Made by a program: the position numbers and the translations under genes. This document shows, piece after piece, positions 20,040 through 29,831 of a stretch of 53,614 nt of DNA. The notes under the pieces were generated by a model. The model searched no databases. It saw only the letters and a program-made list of their open reading frames with translations, and was not told where the DNA came from. How positions within the stretch are numbered: position 1 is the stretch's first letter; every line of letters begins with the position of its first letter. This DNA is from Thecamonas trahens ATCC 50062 (lineage: Eukaryota; Protista; Apusomonadida), in assembly GCF_000142905.1 (NCBI RefSeq), contig NW_013657639.1, positions 296,899-350,512 on the forward strand. The letters are read 5' to 3'.

Positions 20040-21682
20040 ATGTGCTTCAAGGATGACCTAGTGTTCCAGCTCATTGCCCTTGGTATCATTGGCTACATCT
20101 ACACCGTGGTTGAGTTTATCATCATCATCCCATGGTTTGGCAGTGACACCCTCATGGGCCGCTTCCACCTCCTCCTCCTCAACTCCCTTGCTGTTGCTCT
20201 GCTCTATTCCTACTTTGCTGCTTCATTCACCGATCCTGGTCGTCCTCCTGCCCACTATGTACGTATCCTTCTTCCCCATGCCCCCACCACCGCCCCGCCC
20301 CTCACCTCGCCCTCACCCTCCCGCCGCGTGCTATCCCACTGCCGTAGCTCCGCAGCGTGTCCCCACTCCCCCCCCTACGGCGGATTACTGTATCGGGTAG
20401 CATCGAAAGGAAAAACCGCTACAGAGCCGGGAAACCCTGCCTTATTTTGATCCTTCCCACACAACAACATCGGTCAAAATGCGGCCATGCATCGGCAACG
20501 GAGATGACAACCCTTAAAGGACCAATCGACCTCAGAGCATTTTTACGCAACGCAGGTATGNNNNNNNNNNNNNNNNNNNNNNNNNNNNNNNNNNNNNNNN
20601 NNNNNNNNNNNNNNNNNNNNNNNNNNNNNNNNNNNNNNNNNNNNNNNNNNNNNNNNNNNNACCCCCCCCCCCCCCCCGCCCTTCCCCCCTCCCCCCCGCC
20701 TCCCCCCCCCCGCTCCCCGCTCCCCCACACCCTCTACATACATATACCGTCTTCCATTTGCTGGTCCCTCCTGCTGTGCTTCCTCCCCCTCCCTTTGTCC
20801 CTTGCCTTTGTCCCTTCCCGCCAACTCGGTCAACTCGGCCACGTCGGCATGGGTTGCCGTCATCAGCCCGCATGGGTTGTCGGCTCGGTCAAAGCCATCG
20901 TTTCGGTCATGGTGACTGGTGGTCGGTGTTGGTGGTGGACAGGGCTTCCGTAGCCGCGATCGTTACGAGTTATCGTTGGACGGATGGAGGAGAGCGTACG
21001 ACTCACTTTGTGCCACGTGTAGAATCCGATGGAGGGCATGGGAGAGGAGGAGATGAAGAGGAACAAGCTGAAGCACTACTGCAAAAAGTGCGATGCGTAC
21101 AAGCCGCCTCGGACCCACCATTGCTCGATGTGCAACCGATGCGTGCTCAAGATGGACCACCACTGCCCGTGGGTCAACAACTGCGTCGGGCACAACAACC
21201 ACAAGAACTTTATGCTCTTCCTCTTCTACGTCGTCGTCGCCATCGCCTACGCCTTTGCCATGACCTGCTGGCGACTGACGGCATTCTTCCCGCTCGAGAG
21301 CGCCGACGAGTACCTCTCGCCGGGCGCTGCCGTCATTGTCGCCGTCGCCCTCTTTCTCATGGTTCTTGTTGAGCTCGGCGTCGGCTTCCTCTTTGCCTTC
21401 CAGCTCAACCTGGCCACCAAAAACATGACCACCATCGAGTCGTGGGAGTTTGAGGACGCCGCCCGCCGCGCCCGCCGTCGCGGCAAGAAGGTCCGCCACA
21501 CGTATGACCTCGGCCTTGCCGCCAATCTGCGGTTCTTCTTTGGCTCGCGCATGGCTCTCTGGCTCTGCCCCTGCGGCGCCGAGACCGACGGCCTGTCGTA
21601 CCGCACCTATGACGGCGAGGCACAGGGCTTTGCTGCGGTCGCGGACTGGTCGGCACGGGCGCGCGGCACCGATCGCGTGTGA
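20040..21682 (+). CDS. DHHC protein S-palmitoyltransferase; exons 20040-20258 and 21023-21682 (intron spans an N-gap)
   Basis: Two TMs plus TDPG in exon 1. Exon 2 has CKKC..YKPPRTHHCSMCNRCVLKMDHHCPWVNNCVG, NMTTIE and YDLG.AANLR.FFG. Phase-0 GTACGT...GTAG. Confidence 0.95.
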
Positions 21683-21778
21683 CCTGGTGACCGGTCTGTG
21701 GCGCGCTCGCGTGTGTGTGTGCGTGTGCGCGTGTATTTGTGTGTTTTGATGGAGTAGCCGGCAAGCAGACTAGCTGAA

Positions 21779-22630
21779 CTAAAAGCACTTGGCCTCGATG
21801 GGGTAGTCGTAGCGCCACATGGTCGAGTCTGACTTGCCGTCGTCGTTGGCAACAAAGAGCTCGTCAGTGCCGCCATTGGAGACCCTGTAGGCGAGGCCCT
21901 CTTGGCCGTCACCAGGCACGGGCGTCGACGCCACAATGTCGCCTTCCGGCGTCATGATCAGGATCTGGTCGTGCGAGTCTGAGACGGCAAAGATCTGGTT
22001 GCGCTGGTGAATGAACGAGAGGCCGGAGCAGTCGCGATCCCACGGAGTGGTGATGTTGAACAGCGGAGTAAGTAGACCGCCGGGAATGTCGAACGAGTAC
22101 GCGTAGACGTTGCCGTCGTACTGTGAGCCGGCGTAGAGGACGCCCGTGTTAAAGTTGAACGTCACGCCCTCCATGCCCGACTTTGCATCGGCTGGAAAGT
22201 CCACGACATTGATGACGCGGCCGGTCAGCTTGTTTGCCACCAGCGAGTACTCGAGCAGCGCCGGTGGGTACTCTTGGGCCAGAAACAGCAACGAGCCATT
22301 GAACGGATTGTCGACCGTCACACCCTCCAGATCCGACGCCGGCAGATCCCACGAGTCCAGCAGCTTGCCCGAGCGAGAAAACGCGCCGAGCGAGCCCTCG
22401 TCTGAAATCACATACAGCCGATCAAGCCCCGCGTGCCACACCAGTCCCGACGGCTCGTAGTCCTTGGGCAGATCACCACCCACATTGTAGCACGGATGGT
22501 CCGAGCCGACGTCTGGCACAGAGGTTACCACCGACTGCCGCGACGAGACCAGCGCCGCCGTAGCCACCGCGAGGCACATACCCACCACCACCACCACCAA
22601 TCCTGTCGCCTTCATCCCTTTCCGCAGCAT
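21779..22630 (-). CDS. Secreted SdiA-regulated (YjiK-like) beta-propeller protein
   Basis: Signal peptide followed by repeated blades EPSGLVW, DLEGVT, GMEGVTF, DCSGLSF...IFAVSDSHDQI, QEGLAY. Intronless. Confidence 0.7.
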   Translation of the reverse strand: MLRKGMKATGLVVVVVGMCLAVATAALVSSRQSVVTSVPDVGSDHPCYNVGGDLPKDYEPSGLVWHAGLDRLYVISDEGSLGAFSRSGKLLDSWDLPASDLEGVTVDNPFNGSLLFLAQEYPPALLEYSLVANKLTGRVINVVDFPADAKSGMEGVTFNFNTGVLYAGSQYDGNVYAYSFDIPGGLLTPLFNITTPWDRDCSGLSFIHQRNQIFAVSDSHDQILIMTPEGDIVASTPVPGDGQEGLAYRVSNGGTDELFVANDDGKSDSTMWRYDYPIEAKCF

Positions 22631-22961
22631 CTTCTCCTTTGAAGTGATGTGTATGTGGCTGCTGGCCTGGGCGTGTGTGTCCTGCATTGCCCCTTCTTCT
22701 CCACACCGTGCAGTTGCAGGTGGCCAGGTTCGAACCTGGCCAGTTCCACCACCTCTGCTTCTCGCCACTAACAACATGATGGGAGGGCAGTGCTCGATCC
22801 AGAAGAGAGGGCCGCCAGATCGGGAAGAGAGACTGCTACGTACGCCCACAATGCCATGATGGGCGTGACGTGCAGAGTGCGGCGAGTCATCAATGAAATG
22901 GATGAACAATCAAATGATTGCATTGATTGATGGTCAGACACTCGACTCTAATTCTCTCTCC

Positions 22962-25681
22962 ATGCGAGTCCTGTTGCTCTGCTGCGTTGCGCTGCTTGCG
23001 CTGGCGCATAGCGGGCAGGCCATTGACTGCCGAGACAATCTTGTCGATAACGACGACGTGTACTCTCTCTCCAAGCTCACCGGCACCTTCTCTGTCTCTG
23101 ATGGCAATACCATGTACACCCTCTCCCTCTGCGAGCCCATGTCCTGTGGTGGTACGTCCTCCTCCCTTCAGTCACGTGCGGTTTGGCCGCTTGCCTCTCC
23201 CCATCGCGCCGAACTCGGCTTCCCGCGCCCACCACACACCCTCCCCGAAGCCCCCCCCCCCTACCCTCCCCCTCTTCCCGCCCACGGCCTTCCCATCCAC
23301 ACCCACCATATCATGGTGTATCCGCACATTTCTGCCCCTTTCCCCACACTTGCATCCCTTCCACTTGATCTCCACACTCGAGACAATGCTTGGAACGACC
23401 CGACTTGACGACCTTTTGCTGCAAAGGGCAAGTGAGCTCCCGTCCCTTCCCCCCGCCCTCGCCCTCGCCTGCGCCTGTCTCCCACGCCCTCCCAAACCCT
23501 CCCCCCAAACCCTTCTTCCAACACCGCCTCCATTTGGTGCATTTGGTGTTCTTCCCTTTACCCCCCCCCCCTACTTCCTCGAGCAAGTGCGCGATCGATG
23601 GTGATCGGTCGTGGGCGCGGAGCGATCGTGACTCACCTCTCTTGAACACCACCGTAGGTGAATCGGGCTATGCTGGATGCCAGAAGACCGCCAGTGGGCA
23701 CGAGTACGGGATGGGCAAGCAAGGGACGATCATGTACTCGTTCGACGTGCCCCAGGACCAGGACGGTGTGCGGATGGCGTTTACGCATGGCATGGAGTGC
23801 TCGAACCATGATCAGCGGCAGTTTGCGGTCAATGCGGTGTGCGCCGACGAGGGCGAGGCCGACACGCTCATGTATGACGGTGAGACGTCGCACTGCAAGT
23901 ACGAGTTTACGCTGCGGACGACCAAGGCGTGCCCGAAGCCTGCGAGCGGCCCGCCGCCGCCGGTCGGGTGCGACGCATGGTCGCCGATCGGCTCGCAGGT
24001 GGTGTACGAGCCCAAGAAGCTGACGCTGCCGTCCGGCGAGACGTACACTACGCAGATGGACACGACGAACGAAATTTTTGAGTTTGACCTCAACGTGTGC
24101 GGGCCAGTCGAGTGCGAGGGCGCCGACATGACGGACCCGCCTGCCGTGTGCCAGACGACCGGCTCGCGCAAGCACTTCTCGCTGGGCAAGGTGGCGTCGA
24201 CCACGTTCTCTGCGCTGACGTCGGAACGAGCCGGGTACCGGATCGAGGTGAGCAACGGCGACCGCTGCCACGACGGGACGCCGCGGCAGTCGCGGATCAC
24301 GGTCTTCTGCTCGCCCGAGGACGTTGAGCCGCGGCTGTTGTACATGGGCGAGCTGTCGCATTGCGAGTACGATTTCTCGCTGTACGCAGCAGACGGGTGC
24401 CCGAAGGAGGTTGCCCCGCCTTCGCCTGTGCCGACCTCCGAATGCCCTGAGATTCTTGCGACCGACGACGCGTTCCACTACGCACCAAAGTCTGTGGCGA
24501 TGCCGGCATCGTCACCGTACACGACCAAGGGGATGGGCGACGAGGGGACTGAGTACCTGTACGAGGTCAACGTGTGCGGTACCGTTGCCGGATGCTACCC
24601 ATCGAACTCGGCGAGCGGCAACCACATCGCGGCGTGCCAGACGAACAAGGACGTGTCGCCGGAGATCCAGTTCTCGCTGGGGTCGTCGACATCGGTGGCG
24701 GTGGAGGAGCTCATGCCGCCTGGTGAGGGCTTCAAGGTGACGTACACCGGCGGCGACGGGTGCTCGTCGAATGACGAGCGCCGAACGGTCATCTACGCGC
24801 ACTGCGTCCAGGTGAGCGGCGACGCGATCCCGCCTGCAGAGCTGGTGTTTATCGGCGAGACCTCGCACTGCATCTACGAGTTTGACCTCTACACCCCGGA
24901 TGCGTGCCCGATTCCCAACGCACCGCCGCCGCCGCCGGTGACGTGCTCGGCGGCGTCGCTGCCGTCGGCCAAGCACCCGGGCAAGGTGTACGAGTTCCAC
25001 AAGCTCGCGCGTGGGTCGACGGCGGCGCATCACATGGCAGGCATCCAGATTGGCGACGATGTGTACGATTTTACGTCGAACATCTGCGCGCCGGTCGACT
25101 GCACGGCGCGGAGGGACAAATCGATCTCGCCGGCCGGGTGCCAGATCCTGATGGAGGCGGTCGCATCAGACGACGACCATGCGCCAACATCGAGCCAGGC
25201 GCACATGTATGCGCTCGGTGACCTCTCCACTGCCACGTTGGAGGAGAACGACTCGGGTGACGGCTACGTGGTGACCTACACCGGCGGTGACGAGTGCCAC
25301 TCGGGCGACCGGCGCCAGCTCAACATCCACGTTCTCTGCGACGAGGGCGCGAATGAGGCTGTGGCCTCGTTTGAGGAAGAGTCCTCGCACTGCGTGTACG
25401 ACGTCATCATCCACGCGTCTAACGGCGCGTGCGCCGTGCCGGCTCCGACGCCGTCGCCCGACTCGTCGGGCATGTCGGGCGTCGCCATCTTCTTTATTGT
25501 CGTCATTGTTGTCGTCATCGCGTCGGTCGGTTCCCTCCTTGCGTACCAGACGTACTTTAAGGGCGAGCCGGCGTCTGCACTGCTCGACTGCGAGTTCCTC
25601 GCAGGCTGCTCTAACCCGTGTGCTTCTCGGCCGGCGTACCAGTTTGAGCGCCTTGCGACCGAGGACCCCGACGACTTGTAA
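22962..25681 (+). CDS. Mannose-6-phosphate receptor-like type I membrane protein with four MRH domains; exons 22962-23151 and 23658-25681
   Basis: Signal peptide; four repeats of ..(L/V/I)C...CQ......LG/MG....G..C...R...C...E.SHC.Y.....C joined by Pro-rich linkers; TM GVAIFFIVVIVVVIASVGSLLAY; tail ends YQFERLATEDPDDL. Phase-1 intron GTACGT...GTAG. Confidence 0.88.
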
Positions 25682-25700
25682 ACGCCGTGTATGCGATGCA

Positions 25701-26969
25701 CTACGACGAAGTTGTTGCGGCGAGCTCGGCCAGCGGTGCCAGCTTGGCAACGGCGGCCTCGACAAGATCCATCGAGCGCGAAAAGGAGAAGCGGACGTAG
25801 GAGGCGCCGAGCTTGGCGTGGTCGGCTGAGTAAAAGGCCCAGCCGCAGGGAATGCAGGCAACACCGTGCTCGGCGATGAGCCACTCGGTGAAGCGCATGT
25901 CGAGCGAGGCCGGCGGGCTGTCGGCCGGCGGCGGCGGGAGGAACGGCTCAAGATGGGCAATGTTGGCCATGACAAAGTACGAGCCGCGTGGGTAGATCGG
26001 GTTGAGGCCGGCAGCGAGAAGGCCGTCGTAGAGAACCTTGCGCTTGGCGTCCATGTCTGCGGCATAGTCGGCAAAGTACGAAGCGTGCTTGCCGTCCGGA
26101 CCGGCGAGCTCAAAGGCGACGGCGGTGGCCTCCTGCAGTGGCGTGGCGAGGGTGAACGACATCCACTGGCGGGCGAGCCAGACGTGCTTGACAAGCGGCG
26201 CCGGGCCGACGGCCCATCCAATCTTCCACCCGGTGACCGAAAAGGTCTTGCCGGCCGAGCCGATGGTGAGGGTTCTCTCGAACATGCCCGGGAGAGAGGC
26301 CATGCGGATGTGGGGGGCATCAGCGTCGTAAGCAAGGCGATCGTAGACCTCGTCCGAGATGACGACAACGTTGTGGGCTTGCGCATACGCCGCAATGGCT
26401 TCCAGCTCGGTGCGAGACCAGACCTTGCCCAGCGGATTGTGCGGGTTGGTGACCACGATGGCGCGGGTGGCGTCCGAGGTGACCGCCTCGACGGCAGCCA
26501 TGTCGAGCTGCCAAGAGTTGGCGTCGCCGGATCCTGGGACCAGCGGGACAAAGACCGGACGTCCGCCAGCAAGCTTCACCTGCTTGTCGTAGCAGTCAAA
26601 GGCAGGCTCCATGATGATGATCTCGTCACCAGCGCCCGGGGTGATGAGGGCGAAGAACGAGGCGCAGAGAGCCTCGCACCCGCCCACAGCCACAGCCACG
26701 TTGGCTCCGCCCAGATCAGGCTGGCCCATCGAGCTCGCGTAGTCAGCTGCAATGGCCTCAACAAGCCGAGGATGGCCTTGCGAGGCGGTGTACTGATTGA
26801 GTCCACCAAGAACAGCCTCGGCAGCTGCTGCCTCGACAAAATCGGGCGCAGTGTCAGGTGAGCCCTGCCCGAGGTTGAGCGTCCCGGGCGTCGCCGCCAC
26901 CAGTCCGTTGACAAGCGGCCAGACCGAGGGGCCAAAGTCGAGCACAGGGTTGAGTGGAATCTTGCTCAT
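25701..26969 (-). CDS. KYAT: Kynurenine-oxoglutarate / glutamine transaminase (class I PLP aminotransferase)
   Basis: NLGQG.PD, NQYT..QGHPRL, EPAFDCY, NPHNPLGKV, ISDEVY, GSAGKTFSVTGWKIGW (PLP lysine), YVRFSF. Confidence 0.93.
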   Translation of the reverse strand: MSKIPLNPVLDFGPSVWPLVNGLVAATPGTLNLGQGSPDTAPDFVEAAAAEAVLGGLNQYTASQGHPRLVEAIAADYASSMGQPDLGGANVAVAVGGCEALCASFFALITPGAGDEIIIMEPAFDCYDKQVKLAGGRPVFVPLVPGSGDANSWQLDMAAVEAVTSDATRAIVVTNPHNPLGKVWSRTELEAIAAYAQAHNVVVISDEVYDRLAYDADAPHIRMASLPGMFERTLTIGSAGKTFSVTGWKIGWAVGPAPLVKHVWLARQWMSFTLATPLQEATAVAFELAGPDGKHASYFADYAADMDAKRKVLYDGLLAAGLNPIYPRGSYFVMANIAHLEPFLPPPPADSPPASLDMRFTEWLIAEHGVACIPCGWAFYSADHAKLGASYVRFSFSRSMDLVEAAVAKLAPLAELAATTSS

Positions 26970-27619
26970 GGTGCCGACCGTAGCGAGAGAGAGAGAGAGG
27001 GAGAGGTGTATGTGTGTGCGGTCTTGGTTGCACGGGAACCGGTGGGGGTCACGTGCCTGACCTTTCTTGAGCCACTTGTGCGAGTACGAGTGCGGAGGGG
27101 GGTTTGCGGTTGCGGTTGCGGGTGGGGGGTGCGGGGAAAAATTGTTGAAGGGCAGGGGAGGGCAGAGCTTGCAATGTGGAGATGATGGGCTGGTGGAGGG
27201 GGGTACGATGGCAGGGGGTGGGCTAGAGGGGGATGATGGAGATGATGGGTGCAGGCGATGGAGGGCGAGAGGAGGAGGGGGGCGTGTGGGGGGAGGGGGG
27301 ATGAGAGACGTCACACGCAACGTGATGACAGTCATGTGATCTTGCATTTTAATGTGTGGTAGAGGTCAGCTCAAGAAGATGGTTGCGGCATTTGAAATGG
27401 ATGTGTTTCGGCAGTATCCGCTCATCAAGACTCCGCGATGACATGCGGTGCAAGCGTGTCGCAGCGGCGATCAAGGTGGTGCACCATCACCTCGCATGGC
27501 CGTGTGTGGACCAAGTCGGTCATGCGCTCGATCTGAGACTGGGCGGAGACGGGTGACGCCGAGGACTTTGAAGGGGGCTATGGCGGAGGCGGACACGACT
27601 TGACTCGACGCAAGCTGGC

Positions 27620-29179
27620 ATGCGGGTAGCTGTGGCGCTTGTGTGTTGCATGGTGTGGATGGTGGTGTGGGGCTCTGTGGCAGGCAGGGTGGAGGCCGGC
27701 AGGGAGGAGGTGCGTGCTGCGTCGTCGCCGCGTGCCGACTACGGCGACATGCTTCCTGGACCGTACGAGGACGTCAGCGATGGGGGGTATAGACAAAGCA
27801 AAGGAGGAGGAAGTACGCGCGGCAACGACGACAACGATTCTGGAAGTGGCGGACACGGGCCTGGAGTGCCGTATAACCACACGGTGGAGGTGCTGGCGGC
27901 GGCAGGCTTTGATACGACTGCGGTGGAGCACGCGGCGGCGGTCGAGGGCGGCGACAAGATGGAGGCCGAGTTTGACGTCGCCACCTTTCACCATGCGCCG
28001 TACTCGTGGCGGGCGGCTTGGCGCGGACATCGTGTGGTGCTGGACAACCCGGTGAACCACTTTACGATCCAGGAGCCGATCGGTGGCTGCCGAGAGGGCT
28101 ACGGTGGGTCGCGCACGTCGGCCAACGCGCGGGCGCGGCAGTGCAAGGTGGCGACCAACGCCGGGTTCTTCAACACGCATACGCACGCGTGCCTGGGCAA
28201 TCTGGTTGTGGAGGGCAAGGCGGTGCAGATGCCGATGATTCAGAACGTCAACTTTGGCATCACCACCGACGGGCGGTACGTGGTTGGCTACCTCAACGAG
28301 ACGATGGCGGCGAGCTACGAGTGGCACACGCTGGTGGCCGGGGTGGTCTGGCTTGTCCGCGACGGGCAGTCGTTCGTGCGCGTCTCCGAGGCGGCGGAGA
28401 ACATGGCAACGCAAGAGTCTGGCGGCGGGTTTGTCGGCCTCCACGCTGCGCGCATCGCGCTCGGGCACGACGCCAACGGCTCGCTGGTCATTGTCCACGT
28501 CGAGACCGAGCCGGGCATTGATCTTTATGACTTTGCCGACCTGCTGGTCGACATGGGCGTGGTCAACGCCATCAACCTCGACGGCGGCGGCTCGGTCTCG
28601 CTCTACCAGACCGACACGCTGCGCAACTACGTGACTGACGCGTGCACGCCCGGGTCAGACGACAAGTGCGAGCGGCACGTGACGTCGATCACGTGCGTCC
28701 ACGACGCGCCGGTGCCGACACCTTCCCCGCCGCCGCGCCCGCCGCCGCCGAGCCCGCTCGATCCCAAGCGCGACGCCGTGTGCGCGCTCTACAACTGCGC
28801 CGAGCTCCCGGGCCCGCCGGTCGCGCCGGACGGGAGCTCGTGGTCCGCCGCGGCGGTCGTCGGCATGGTCATAGCGTTCTCGCTCCTTGCTGCTGCAGTC
28901 GGTGCCGGTGCTGGCTGGGCGTCGGCTCGGGCGCGGTCAGCGCCGGGCGCTAGCGACGAACGCGGCGACTTTGGCGAAACGCCGCTGCTGTCGGTGACGC
29001 GGGCCGGAGCGCGCTACGACGTTGCTAGCAGCAGCAGCGAGAGTCTCGACCTGCTCGCCGACGTGGGTCCACGATCGACATCGTCGCGATCGGCGTCGGG
29101 CATGGCTGCTGTGCCTCCGCTGCATGCGCCGCCATCACCAGTCGGCTCGCTGTCGACAGCAGCCGCAGCAGCCAACTGA
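27620..29179 (+). CDS. NAGPA: N-acetylglucosamine-1-phosphodiester alpha-N-acetylglucosaminidase (M6P uncovering enzyme)
   Basis: Signal peptide; CKVATNAGFF..CLGNLV, QNVNFGI, VVGYL, GVVWLVRDG, ARIALGHD, VVNAINLDGGGS, CERHVTSITCVH; TM and a tail containing ETPLL. Confidence 0.92.
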   Translation: MRVAVALVCCMVWMVVWGSVAGRVEAGREEVRAASSPRADYGDMLPGPYEDVSDGGYRQSKGGGSTRGNDDNDSGSGGHGPGVPYNHTVEVLAAAGFDTTAVEHAAAVEGGDKMEAEFDVATFHHAPYSWRAAWRGHRVVLDNPVNHFTIQEPIGGCREGYGGSRTSANARARQCKVATNAGFFNTHTHACLGNLVVEGKAVQMPMIQNVNFGITTDGRYVVGYLNETMAASYEWHTLVAGVVWLVRDGQSFVRVSEAAENMATQESGGGFVGLHAARIALGHDANGSLVIVHVETEPGIDLYDFADLLVDMGVVNAINLDGGGSVSLYQTDTLRNYVTDACTPGSDDKCERHVTSITCVHDAPVPTPSPPPRPPPPSPLDPKRDAVCALYNCAELPGPPVAPDGSSWSAAAVVGMVIAFSLLAAAVGAGAGWASARARSAPGASDERGDFGETPLLSVTRAGARYDVASSSSESLDLLADVGPRSTSSRSASGMAAVPPLHAPPSPVGSLSTAAAAAN

Positions 29180-29831
29180 TGGCTTGAGCCGGGGTACGCA
29201 AACTAATGCGCAAACTATTGTGGGCTATTGATGGCGGGTCAAACTATGTCGAAAGCAGAATAAAAGGACTCGGTCGCTGTGCATGACCATCGGTGTCGAG
29301 ACTTTGTATGTTATCGTTCATTGAAGGCCGCCATGCCGGAGCATGGGGGCGGCTACGGGTGTAAAAAGAGGTTTCGCTAGTAGTGCATCTCACAGGCAAG
29401 ATGACAAGCCTTGTCATCATCCCGTGGGCGGGGTCATGCAGTATGTTGGGGGGGGGGGAAGGCAGACAAAGTGGGGGGAAAAAGTAGGCGGGATGGTGGG
29501 ATGGTGGGATGGAGCGGGAGGGGAAGGGGAGGAGGGAGGAAGGGGGATAAGGAAGGTAATGTCGGCGCAGATATTGTGGGGCGAGCCATATATGGCCCGA
29601 CTCACACCCTACCACGTCTTTGCTCTCCTCGTCGCGGCTGCTTTGGTCTCTTCATATTGAGAATCCGAGCCTTAGTATCAGCTGCCGAGTCACTCGGACC
29701 GTAGTCCGAGTCAAGCGTTAACGGTACACAATCTGTTTGAGTTGAAACGGCAGCGATCGAGTGAAGGAACGGGTGGGTGGTGGGCGAACGGGTGAAGAAA
29801 CGGGTGTGTTGAAGCGATCGGGTCTAGGGAT

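Noticed and set aside
20378-20560. Lower-GC segment inside the DHHC intron, possible foreign insert or snoRNA
   Set aside because: It abuts an N-gap right after a poly-C run, so it is most likely low-quality contig-end sequence. No convincing box motifs.
26970-27347. N-terminal extension of the KYAT ORF
   Set aside because: Same artefact: translation of C-rich and (CT)n upstream sequence. Homology begins at MSKIPL.
29592-29660. Tiny signal-peptide-like ORF MARLTPYHVFALLVAAALVSSY
   Set aside because: Only 22 codons, with no splice donor or downstream exon that I could support.
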